NCBI GenBank assembly: GCA_046861645.1
Contig: JBHHUM010000020.1
Coordinates: 1 to 34,274 of the forward strand
DNA from: Fidelibacterota bacterium
GTDB taxonomy: Bacteria > Fidelibacterota > Marinisomatia > Marinisomatales > UBA2128
DNA length: 34,274 nucleotides
Direction of reading: 5' to 3'
The position numbers and the translations under genes were made by a program. Under the pieces are notes generated by a model. That model was not told the origin of the DNA. It saw nothing but the letters and a program-made list of their open reading frames with translations, and did not search any database. Position 1 is the first letter of the stretch, and the number at the start of each line of letters is the position of its first letter. This document shows, piece by piece, positions 1 to 8,337 of the stretch.

Positions 1-171
1 GCTGTGCATATCCATTACGATATCCACGACGGGTGGCATTCCGCTCATAGGGCAACACAACCAAATGTAGTGCCATCTCTTTTCAAGATATTCCTGCAAG
101 TATGTTTGTACCATCTGTCTTAAAAAGTCTGCATCATTTATGGTTTTCTTTGTACTTTTGCTTCGGGTCAT
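1..171 (-). pseudogene. IS256 (Mutator-family) transposase N-terminus with a frameshift near 80-84; partial
   Basis: SD AAGGAG precedes ATG at 171, giving MTRSKSTKKTINDADFLRQMVQTYLQEYLEK. In the -1 frame it continues EMALHLVVLPYERNATRRGYRNGYAQ, matching the IS256 E-M-x2-H-L...YER...YRNGY signature. Not in the ORF track. Confidence 0.8.
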
Positions 172-285
172 GGCTATTCTCCTTTCTTATGAATTTATCC
201 CAACTGGGTCGGGACAAATTTAAGGGGAGACCGTGGCCCTTTTCTTTATGCTTTTTCAAAAGTACAGAAATTTATGTACACAACT
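1..285 (-). mobile_element. Left end of an IS256-family insertion sequence, truncated by the window edge
   Basis: Minus strand from 285 reads AGTTGTGTACATAAATTTCTGTAC, resembling IS256-family terminal inverted repeats. It lies about 115 bp upstream of a transposase-like N-terminus. Confidence 0.65.
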
Positions 286-300
286 ACTTTTGTTGGTTAT

Positions 301-329
301 TTGATTTATATGGATACTTTTAATAATAT
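301..329 (+). promoter_or_regulatory. Candidate sigma70 promoter for the SQR-like gene
   Basis: TTGATT(301-306)-N17-TAATAT(324-329), in an AT-rich context. Confidence 0.35.
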
Positions 330-373
330 TAGAAGACATGAATCTTAATGGAAACTTAACAGGGGGGCGGACG

Positions 374-1528
374 ATGAATAGTAAAACCATTTTAATTTTA
401 GGTGCTGGTGTCGGAGGACTAGTGACAGCAAACGTCCTTAGAAATGAATTAGGAACGAATCATAGAATTTTACTAATTGATAGAGATAATCACCATAAGT
501 TTACTCCATCATATTTATGGTTAATGACAGGACTTCGTAAACCGGAAAAAATCAAGCGAGATTTATTTGAACTTCGAAAGAAGAATATTGCATTTGTTAA
601 AGGAGAAATATCTAAAATAGATTGTAAAAACAAAACTGTAGATGTCGATGGGAAGCAGTTAGAAGGGGATTATCTAGTAATTTCCCTGGGAGCTAACCTC
701 GTACCTGATTCCATACCGGGATTATCTAAAGTAGGATATAATTTCTATACTCTTGAAGGAGCAATAAGACTAAGAAATGCTTTGCGTAATTTTCGAAGTG
801 GTAATTTAGTTGTACTGATTTCTTCGATTCCTTATAAATGTCCCGCTGCACCCTATGAGGCTGCTATGCTATTAGAATACGATTGTCGTAAGCGTAAAAT
901 ACGTGATGATGTCAATATATCTCTTTATGCAGCCGAACCTGGTCCTATGGGTGTTGCGGGGAAGGAATTGTCTGCATCTGTCAGAAAAATGGTGGAAGAA
1001 AAGGGAATCCAGTATTATCCGGAACATCAACTTGTAAGTATGGACATAAATGATAAAACACTTCAATTTACAAATAATACCAGTGCTCACTTCGATTTCT
1101 TAGCGTATGTACCTAAGCATAAAGCACCTGAGGTTATCCATAAAGCTGGATTGAAAGGAGATACAGGATGGGTACCTGTCAACAGACATACATTAGAGAC
1201 AAAATTTAGTAATATATATGCGATTGGAGATGTAACTGGAATTCCTCTAGCTTTAGGAAAACCTCTCCCTAAGGCAGGAGTTTTTGCCCATTACCAGGCT
1301 GAAATTGTAGCTCATAACATTGCCGTAGAAATTAATGGAAAAGGAAAACCTAAACAGTTTACTGGAAAGGGAGAATGTTTCATTGAGTTAGGAGATGGTA
1401 AGGCCGGGTTTGCCCGGGGGAACTTCTATGCAGAACCTTTTCCAGAAGTTATGATATACAAACCAGGACGTTACTGGCATGCTGGAAAAGTCCTATTTGA
1501 AAAGGATTGGTTTCGCAGGTGGTTTTAG
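374..1528 (+). CDS. FAD/NAD(P)-dependent oxidoreductase, sulfide:quinone oxidoreductase (type III)/FCSD-like
   Basis: ILILGAGVGG Rossmann motif, YKCPAAPYE, YAIGD, LPKAGVFAH and C-terminal ECFIELGDG. Start at 374 follows AGGGGGG; the ORF is open from 338. Confidence 0.8.
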   Translation: MNSKTILILGAGVGGLVTANVLRNELGTNHRILLIDRDNHHKFTPSYLWLMTGLRKPEKIKRDLFELRKKNIAFVKGEISKIDCKNKTVDVDGKQLEGDYLVISLGANLVPDSIPGLSKVGYNFYTLEGAIRLRNALRNFRSGNLVVLISSIPYKCPAAPYEAAMLLEYDCRKRKIRDDVNISLYAAEPGPMGVAGKELSASVRKMVEEKGIQYYPEHQLVSMDINDKTLQFTNNTSAHFDFLAYVPKHKAPEVIHKAGLKGDTGWVPVNRHTLETKFSNIYAIGDVTGIPLALGKPLPKAGVFAHYQAEIVAHNIAVEINGKGKPKQFTGKGECFIELGDGKAGFARGNFYAEPFPEVMIYKPGRYWHAGKVLFEKDWFRRWF

Positions 1529-1672
1529 AGTATGTACTACCTTTGAATAGTAATTTTCAAAAGGAGAGATTCCTAAAGCAGTTATAATATCATGAATGAT
1601 CCTTAATGAGTTCATATAAGGCATATCTTGTTTAACAATAGAAATGATTAAATTTGAAGGAGAGTCCATAGT

Positions 1673-2602
1673 ATGATACTTACTGCTGGTGTTGATGAAG
1701 CTGGCCGAGGGCCCCTGGCCGGTCCCGTGGTTGCTGCTGCGGTGATCCTACCTAAGGAATACGACATTATAGGATTGCGTGATTCTAAAAAACTATCTGA
1801 GAAAAAAAGGGAGAAGCTGTTTATTGAAATTGAATCTGAAGCAGTTTCAGTCGGGGTTGGGATCGTTCATGAAGATGAGATTGATCAGACAAATATCCTG
1901 TCTGCCACACACAAAGCAATGCGAAAAGCCTTAGGAAAACTTTATCCCAAACCTGATATAGCTCTTATCGATGGCTATGCCCTACCTGATCAGATAATTC
2001 CTAATCGGGGAATAATCGCAGGAGATGATAAAGTCCCGTTGATTAGTGCGGCTTCTATTACTGCGAAAGTCACTCGAGACAGGATCATGCGTAATTATGC
2101 ATTAGCTTATCCGGAGTATGGATTTGATAGACACAAAGGCTACGGTACTCGAAAGCACTTGAGTGCCTTAAAGCAGTATAAAGCCTGTCCAATTCACCGT
2201 AAATCTTTTCGTCCCGTACGCGAAAATTTACCTACTTTAACCTTTATTAAGAATCAACGATTAGTTGGGATATGGGGGGAAAAACTGGCAGTACGATATC
2301 TTGTTCATAACAATTATATGATTGAAGTAATGAATTTCAACGCTGCTCCTTATGGGGAAATTGATATTGTAGCGCGGAACGAAAATGAGATCATCTTCGT
2401 AGAAGTAAAGACCGCCACGCAGAACAAGTTAGGCGAACCTGAGGATCAGGTAGATGAGATCAAAATGAAGAAGCTTAAGAATGCCTTTGAAATTTACGCG
2501 GCCTCGTACGAGGAAGAAGTTGACTATCGTTTTGACATTATTTCAGTTTTTCTTAGTCGTAAAGGACCAAAAATCAAGCATTTTCAGGATTGTTTATCAT
2601 AA
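1673..2602 (+). CDS. rnhB: Ribonuclease HII fused to a C-terminal YraN (UPF0102) PD-(D/E)xK domain
   Basis: RNase HII motifs GVDEAGRGPLAGPV, DSKKL, IDG, AASITAKVTRD and HKGYGT. YraN motifs GIWGEKLA..YL, GEIDIVA, FVEVK and RFDIISV in the same ORF. Confidence 0.92.
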   Translation: MILTAGVDEAGRGPLAGPVVAAAVILPKEYDIIGLRDSKKLSEKKREKLFIEIESEAVSVGVGIVHEDEIDQTNILSATHKAMRKALGKLYPKPDIALIDGYALPDQIIPNRGIIAGDDKVPLISAASITAKVTRDRIMRNYALAYPEYGFDRHKGYGTRKHLSALKQYKACPIHRKSFRPVRENLPTLTFIKNQRLVGIWGEKLAVRYLVHNNYMIEVMNFNAAPYGEIDIVARNENEIIFVEVKTATQNKLGEPEDQVDEIKMKKLKNAFEIYAASYEEEVDYRFDIISVFLSRKGPKIKHFQDCLS

Positions 2603-2829
2603 GATTATAGTTAACCAGAATGCTATTTATAAAAGGGATTTATTAAATGAATAATCGATTTACCCACTCTAAGTTAAAATCCCTGTTATCTTTCATTGAG
2701 ATGAATGATTTACAAAGTTTTCATTTTCTAGGTCACTAATGTATTTTTACAATATAGAATATACTATCTATTACAAATGGTTAACTTCCTTTGGTCGTAT
2801 GGTACTGAAACGTAAATTATAGACTTAAT

Positions 2830-4008
2830 ATGAAGACGTTAATAAAAATCCTAAAGGAGATTCGCTCTCTATTCATTATTATCCTGATAGCTCTTTCCCT
2901 TCGCGCCACTCTGGTTGAGGCATATATTGTTCCCACTGGATCTATGGAAACTACTATTCGAACAGGTGATTTTCTTATTGGTAATAAGTTTGTTTATGGA
3001 ATGCGTACTCCAGATTGGGTTGGTATTCCCTATACTGACATTGGGTATGATATTCCTTGGATACGTTTTCCATCCTTCAAGTCTCCTCAGCGAGGTGATG
3101 TGGTAATTTTTAAATATCCCCGGGATGTATTTCAGAAATATGTAAAACGCTTGATTGCCTTACCGGGTGACACGTTTGAAATGAAAAATGACAAAGTTTT
3201 TATCAACGGTGAACCGGAGGGAAAACGAGAATTACTCTATCATAAGTTGAACCGAAATGACCACCGGAATTACAGCTATTATAAAATTACATTGAATAAT
3301 GGAGAAGAGTATATAATTCGCCAAAAAGAAGGTGCTATCGGCGGCATACACTCTTATGATCCAGTAACTATTCCATATAAAGGTCAGGTTTTGCAGATAG
3401 ATGAGAATACTAACTGGGATTTATTGATTCCTATCCTGCTTATGGATGGTCATGAAGTCACTTACGATAATGCTGGTTTGCTACAACTCTTCAATAGCCT
3501 AAAAGTGAATTCCCTGGGGACAAAAGATTACCATTTTACTATGGATGAGCCTGTGGATATAGCTCGACGTTATGAATCATCTTTAGGTCTTAAGTTTCGG
3601 AGACTCTTTTCCAGTAGGGCCTCGAATAAGGAAAAAGTTCAGGAAACCAATAGTCACTTCCGGTTGTACCGGGGAGTGATGCGCAATCATTTCGGAGCTG
3701 AACGAATGCAGGTAGGTTTAAGTAATGAAGGCGATTTACTCAATTCTTGGCTCTTAAGCGAGTTTATTAACATTGATCCCCAATTCATTAAAATTGATGG
3801 GAAACCTGTAACAAAGATGAACCATTATGTCGTTGAGCAGAATTATTTTTGGATGATGGGTGATAACCGCGACGATAGTGCAGATTCAAGATATTGGGGA
3901 TTTGTACCCGAGTGTCATGTATTAGGTGAAGCGGTATTCGTCTATATGTCTTGGGATTTTAATAAGGGTACACCTCGATTGAATCGCATTGGTAAAGTAA
4001 TTAATTGA
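2830..4008 (+). CDS. lepB: Signal peptidase I
   Basis: N-terminal TM, VPTGSME (catalytic Ser), RGDVVIF, YVKR (catalytic Lys) and MGDNRDDSADSRYWGFVP. Confidence 0.95.
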   Translation: MKTLIKILKEIRSLFIIILIALSLRATLVEAYIVPTGSMETTIRTGDFLIGNKFVYGMRTPDWVGIPYTDIGYDIPWIRFPSFKSPQRGDVVIFKYPRDVFQKYVKRLIALPGDTFEMKNDKVFINGEPEGKRELLYHKLNRNDHRNYSYYKITLNNGEEYIIRQKEGAIGGIHSYDPVTIPYKGQVLQIDENTNWDLLIPILLMDGHEVTYDNAGLLQLFNSLKVNSLGTKDYHFTMDEPVDIARRYESSLGLKFRRLFSSRASNKEKVQETNSHFRLYRGVMRNHFGAERMQVGLSNEGDLLNSWLLSEFINIDPQFIKIDGKPVTKMNHYVVEQNYFWMMGDNRDDSADSRYWGFVPECHVLGEAVFVYMSWDFNKGTPRLNRIGKVIN

Positions 4009-4035
4009 CAGCACTTTATTGCTTTCAGAATTAGA

Positions 4036-4065
4036 TTGACAAATCGGCTTCTCTCTGCGTATTAT
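4036..4065 (+). promoter_or_regulatory. Candidate sigma70 promoter
   Basis: TTGACA(4036-4041)-N18-TATTAT(4060-4065), upstream of the 4109 ORF. Confidence 0.5.
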
Positions 4066-4108
4066 TTTCTACAACAAACGAGGAGACATATTCATCATCT
4101 AAGACCTT

Positions 4109-4537
4109 ATGATAATTAATACTATAGGTTTTGCTCTGAAAATAGTCATTGCAGCTGGATTAATTGTTCCACTCACTGTACCCAAAACATCTCTTATTTC
4201 AGCAGATAAAATAGCTGTTTATGCCCTAATTGCAGCAGTTGCATCCGCAATGACATCTATTTCAAAATTCATGGAAGCTGGAATTATCGCCGGTGCTTTT
4301 CTGATTACCGTAGGTATTATTTCTTACTCATATATTAAAAGATTAGATGAATGGCCAGATGGTTTAATTGGTATTACTCCTTTCTGGCTGGTGACAGTGA
4401 TTGGAATGTGTGTTGGTGCCGGGATGATTTTTCAGGCGATTCTTTTGACAGCTATCGCCTATTACATCATAAACTATCTACCAGAGCTTCTTAGCAATCG
4501 AAAAAAAAGTAGTAAGAAAAATACTACTACATCTTAA
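4109..4537 (+). CDS. Small multi-pass membrane protein, divergent MgtC/SapB-like
   Basis: About 4-5 hydrophobic segments. GITPFWLVTVIGMCVGAG resembles the MgtC W..A.IG..VG.G motif. Confidence 0.5.
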   Translation: MIINTIGFALKIVIAAGLIVPLTVPKTSLISADKIAVYALIAAVASAMTSISKFMEAGIIAGAFLITVGIISYSYIKRLDEWPDGLIGITPFWLVTVIGMCVGAGMIFQAILLTAIAYYIINYLPELLSNRKKSSKKNTTTS

Positions 4538-4562
4538 ACTAGATTTGATACAGGAAAATAAT

Positions 4563-5324
4563 ATGATAAAATCAATTATCTCTTTTACTGTAGTTGTTCC
4601 ATTAATTCTTTTGCCTAGTTATTTACATTCTCAAGAGACAGAAAATGAACTTATATCAACGGATGAAGACACACTTATTAAAGAAGAAGTTAGTGAAACA
4701 AAATCACCCGAAGAATTAGATAACGTTGAGTCTGAACTGGTAGACAATGCATCTGATGAAGTTTCTTCCATCGAGAAGGGATATCGTGGTTTGCCTTGGG
4801 GTACAAGCAGTTCAGAATTCAAGAATTTTATCCAGTTTGATTCATCTTCAGCTCAGATAAGTAAAGACAATATTTCTTTTACCGCCCCCCTGGGAAACGA
4901 TACTGTAAATTTCATCTACTCCTTTTCTGATTCTGGTTTCTGGAAAGTTAAAATGGATTTCTCCCTCAAAAGAAATTCAATCGAAGATTATATAAAAGAA
5001 TTTCAAAGAATAGAGCAGTTACTCACCAAGAAATATGGGAATCCCTTACGAACAACTCGCAATGATCTAGGTACCAGCCGGGAATATCTATCATCTTCTT
5101 TTCCCCGTCTCTTTCGTGGATATTATCGCTCTTCCTGGATAGTGGATAAAGTCAGTATTGAACTTTTATTGGAAATTCAAATGCAAGATCCTGAGTTCCA
5201 AGCCCCTGTCTTTTCCGAAGATATTCCTTCCATGAGACTATACTATTACCATACTGAATTTTATGGTATCACCAAACTTGAATCTACAGAGATACCCGAA
5301 GAAGATTTACTTAAGCAATTTTAA
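4563..5324 (+). CDS. Hypothetical exported protein with an acidic N-terminal linker
   Basis: Signal peptide MIKSIISFTVVVPLILLPSYLHS, a D/E-rich stretch, then GYRGLPWG and LTKKYGNP motifs. Start at ATG 4563; the ORF is open from 4545. Confidence 0.7.
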   Translation: MIKSIISFTVVVPLILLPSYLHSQETENELISTDEDTLIKEEVSETKSPEELDNVESELVDNASDEVSSIEKGYRGLPWGTSSSEFKNFIQFDSSSAQISKDNISFTAPLGNDTVNFIYSFSDSGFWKVKMDFSLKRNSIEDYIKEFQRIEQLLTKKYGNPLRTTRNDLGTSREYLSSSFPRLFRGYYRSSWIVDKVSIELLLEIQMQDPEFQAPVFSEDIPSMRLYYYHTEFYGITKLESTEIPEEDLLKQF

Positions 5325-5334
5325 CAGAACAGAA

Positions 5335-6441
5335 ATGGGGAGGATATTTCGTACTCTCTGTTTCACTTATCTTTTCCTGACAGCATTTCGCCTATCTACC
5401 TGTCCATTGCCCCCCCCTATGATTCGTGAATATGATTTTAATTCGACACAGGATGAAGCTCTCACAGCTTGCAGGGATGTACTAATTTCACTGAAATACG
5501 AAATCGAGGAATTTGATCCTGGAGATCATTACATTTTAACAAAAATTATTACTAGACGATTCTTCTTAAAGAAAGTTGACTATCTATTATTTGTAAGTGT
5601 TGAAGATCGAGTAAGGGTAACACTCTATGCTGAAAAGAGAGAATTTAGAAGATTCTCAGAGTGGGGTGTAAGCCGGGACAATTTGACCGAGTTGGAAGCC
5701 AGCGATCGATTAAATCTTTCCATTCAGAACAGAATTTTTGAGGAGTTAAGTGTGGAATTTCAAAAACGAGGAATTATCTATCGTCATCCGATTCATGCTG
5801 ATTTAGAGGATGAGGTAACAATCTACAAGGATATTTATCGTGAAAATAAAAGGGAAGAAAGACAATGGAAAAACTCCCAGAAAAGGGAGCAAATCAAGAA
5901 AAGAGAACTTCTGTATAACTATAACCTGGAAAGAGATATGGCTAGACTAAAAGCTTCGGACATAGCTGAAACTCATTTGTCTTTTTTCCAAAATAAAAAG
6001 AATGTAGAACCGACAAATAATTCATTAATTAGTATAGCACAATGTCTTGAAGAACGAGACGAAGACCTCAGGGAGAGGTTAAAGTTACTGTTAGTGGATT
6101 ACACTAATTATAATGGATCACTTAATATTAGTTGGGTAATAGATCCCGATGGAAGAGTAATGTCGGTTTCAGTTGAAATCCAATCTTCTCCTACAGCACC
6201 TGATGTTGATTTACAACGAGTAATAAGTAACTACTGGCGGGAAATCGTCTTTCCACCTCTTACTAAAACTGGTTTTGCACAGTTACATAGAGAAATCATT
6301 TTTAGCGGTAATCGCCATAGATTTTCAACTGAAATGAAACCCCCTTTTCTGGTTGACATTCTAAGTTCATTTCCTGAAGAAGAGGATGAAATAATGAAGA
6401 ATATTCTTTTTCGAAAGTCTACATCTTTAGGAACCGAATGA
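5335..6441 (+). CDS. Hypothetical exported or lipoprotein with a coiled coil and a possible TonB-C/AgmX-PglI-like C-terminal domain
   Basis: Signal-like N-terminus ending LSTC, a charged helical middle, and C-terminal GSLNISWVIDPDGRVMSVSV...W..IVFPP. Start at 5335 avoids overlap with the upstream gene. Confidence 0.6.
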   Translation: MGRIFRTLCFTYLFLTAFRLSTCPLPPPMIREYDFNSTQDEALTACRDVLISLKYEIEEFDPGDHYILTKIITRRFFLKKVDYLLFVSVEDRVRVTLYAEKREFRRFSEWGVSRDNLTELEASDRLNLSIQNRIFEELSVEFQKRGIIYRHPIHADLEDEVTIYKDIYRENKREERQWKNSQKREQIKKRELLYNYNLERDMARLKASDIAETHLSFFQNKKNVEPTNNSLISIAQCLEERDEDLRERLKLLLVDYTNYNGSLNISWVIDPDGRVMSVSVEIQSSPTAPDVDLQRVISNYWREIVFPPLTKTGFAQLHREIIFSGNRHRFSTEMKPPFLVDILSSFPEEEDEIMKNILFRKSTSLGTE

Positions 6442-6570
6442 TAAACACGAAATTGGTTTCGGATAATCGTTTTGCTGCACTAAATTCTCCCTGTTTAGTG
6501 GTGAAGAAATCATCCGCCCGGAGAACAACTATAGGTAATTAACGCCACTTATACCTCAGAGGAGGTAACT

Positions 6571-6894
6571 ATGGCAGTAGATTTCAGTAAACCAGAGGAA
6601 AGAAAACAGTACTTAACTGAAAGGCTAAATGATCTGCTTCTCAGTATCAATGTGAATTATGGTTCGAAACTGATGGAGGAATTAGCCAATCGTTTACAGA
6701 AAACTGTAGATGAATTCAAAGAAGAACTGCAGGATCTCATAGGAACCTTGAAAATTTCCAACGAAAAAAAAGAAGAGCTTCTTACAAAAATTATAACTGG
6801 AGAAGCTGTTATCTCTCAACCCTCTGGCCCAGAAAAGGTAGAGGAAGTGTCTGAAATGAGTGAATGGGAGAAACGTCTCGAAGGATTGAAATAA
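6571..6894 (+). CDS. Hypothetical helical/coiled-coil protein
   Basis: Strong SD GGAGGT. 107 aa, E/K/L-rich. Confidence 0.75.
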   Translation: MAVDFSKPEERKQYLTERLNDLLLSINVNYGSKLMEELANRLQKTVDEFKEELQDLIGTLKISNEKKEELLTKIITGEAVISQPSGPEKVEEVSEMSEWEKRLEGLK

Positions 6895-6907
6895 TAGAGG
6901 ACATCTA

Positions 6908-7420
6908 ATGGAAACCAGAGATAAAGTACTTATTTTAATCGTAGTGGCATGGATTGCAGCCGCTGTTTGGTTCAAAATCACTACCGACCAAGTGGCGGAT
7001 GAAATGAGTAATATCAGGGAAATGTTATCTGATCATGTTGATAAAGTAAATAAAGAATTCCGTGATAATTTATATGATTTGGAATTAAACTTTATCGGTC
7101 GTGAGAAGCATTTGAAAGCGGCTCAAGACAGCATAGCTAACAACAAAAGTTTTACAAAAAAAGTCAGAAGCAGTCTGAAACGAAAAATTGAAAATGTTTC
7201 TGGAGACTTGGAATCTTTTGAAAGGAAAACAGAATCCGATTTTGAAGATATGGGAGGAAAGATTGAAAAAAATAAAAGTGATCTAAGCTCTTTCAAGCGT
7301 ACCACACGCAGGAATCTAAATGACCACGGACGAAACATTACTACTCTTCAAAAAGATATAGAAACCATTCAAGAAAAAATTGGAAAACTAAAGGAATCAG
7401 CTTTTAAAAAGGAGGAGTAA
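6908..7420 (+). CDS. Hypothetical single-pass membrane-anchored coiled-coil protein
   Basis: SD GAGGA, N-terminal TM (VLILIVVAWIAAAVWF) and a long heptad-like charged region. Confidence 0.75.
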   Translation: METRDKVLILIVVAWIAAAVWFKITTDQVADEMSNIREMLSDHVDKVNKEFRDNLYDLELNFIGREKHLKAAQDSIANNKSFTKKVRSSLKRKIENVSGDLESFERKTESDFEDMGGKIEKNKSDLSSFKRTTRRNLNDHGRNITTLQKDIETIQEKIGKLKESAFKKEE

Positions 7421-7447
7421 CTTAGTTAAGATTGGAATAAATAATCT

Positions 7448-7478
7448 GAGGGACAGGGAATCTGTCCCTCTTTTTTTT
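7448..7478 (+). terminator. Rho-independent terminator
   Basis: GAGGGACAG-ggaat-CTGTCCCTC, a perfect 9-bp stem followed by T8. Confidence 0.9.
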
Positions 7479-7482
7479 ACTT

Positions 7483-7860
7483 ATGGGTAATAATAATTAT
7501 ATAAATAAAAATATTAAATCCGTTACTGGACAGCAGCTTATTGATCAGGGAATTAATACTGTGGCTAAAATATCACTCTGGATAAGCCAGGAGAGTATTA
7601 TTAAGGAACTTTTTGATTATTCTGAGAAATTGAATTACTTATGGGATTGGAGTGAAACACAGTATACATTTACCAGTAAGGGAGAGATGAAGACAGAGAT
7701 ATCATTTATTTACTATCTGAAAGCTAAGGAGGTTAAAGAATTCAAATCACAATTCCCAATTCATATTGTACATTTCATGAGGTTTGACGCTTTTATACCT
7801 GAAATATTTGATTATTACCAAAAAAAAGTTGGAGTTATTAAACATCGTCAGACAATATGA
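7483..7860 (+). CDS. Hypothetical protein with weak CutA-like similarity
   Basis: 125-aa ORF with an ATGA overlap into the next gene. YTFTSKGEMKTEISFIYYLK loosely aligns to the CutA beta-hairpin. Confidence 0.5.
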   Translation: MGNNNYINKNIKSVTGQQLIDQGINTVAKISLWISQESIIKELFDYSEKLNYLWDWSETQYTFTSKGEMKTEISFIYYLKAKEVKEFKSQFPIHIVHFMRFDAFIPEIFDYYQKKVGVIKHRQTI

Positions 7861-8252
7861 ATTCCATAATTATAGATAACTTCATTTCTGGAGTCCAACT
7901 TTTCAACCAAGGAGAAATTCTAAAGGGCCATGACAAATGGGAAAAACTGTGGAAAGTAGGAGATAAAAAATTACGAAAATGGATAAAGGGGTGGATTCAA
8001 TTTTCAGGTTGCATATTAAATGTACTGGCGGGTAAACCTGGAGGAGCCATTTATTTAGCAAAAAAGACTGACGAGAATCTAAAGCAAGATGAGATTTCTC
8101 CATGTTTTATTGACGTCGAGTCAGCGATATCTGATATCAATATCTTGCAGAGATTACTAGAGGATAATGTAAGTTCGAAAGAGAAGATAAAAGCAGCCCG
8201 ACAAATCAGGATAAAATTTAAACAGGAGAAAAATTTCAAAATTCCTAAATGA
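7857..8252 (+). CDS. DUF309 domain protein
   Basis: GVQLFNQGEILKGHDKWEKLW...KGWIQ matches the DUF309 pattern G..LFN.G.+..+H+.+E.LW...+GLIQ. Confidence 0.75.
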   Translation: MNSIIIDNFISGVQLFNQGEILKGHDKWEKLWKVGDKKLRKWIKGWIQFSGCILNVLAGKPGGAIYLAKKTDENLKQDEISPCFIDVESAISDINILQRLLEDNVSSKEKIKAARQIRIKFKQEKNFKIPK

Positions 8253-8333
8253 AAAGAGGGGTAGACTTCTTAATGACCTCGGAGCACTAGGAAGATCTAC
8301 CCCTACCTCGCGGGAGAGGCTTTTACGCCTCGT
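8247..8333 (-). ncRNA. Candidate orphan small RNA of about 85-95 nt
   Basis: GC-rich structured island in AT-rich DNA, downstream of two promoters. It has a 5' hairpin GAGGC/GCCUC, a long 3' hairpin AGGGGUAGA...UCUACCCCU and a CUUUUCAUUU tail. No same-strand gene lies downstream. Confidence 0.55.
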
Positions 8334-8337
8334 AACA

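Noticed and set aside
102..323. 73-aa plus-strand ORF
   Set aside because: It is the antisense shadow of the IS256 transposase start and IS end. It has no SD and an implausible composition.
1531..1545. TATGTACTACCTTTG resembling the IS end/flank at 273-291, as a possible composite transposon around the SQR gene
   Set aside because: The match is short, gapped and in direct orientation, and is compatible with chance in AT-rich DNA.
4080..4108. GAGGAG 23 nt upstream of the 4109 ATG, suggesting an ATA start at 4088
   Set aside because: An in-frame TAA at 4100-4102 blocks the extension.
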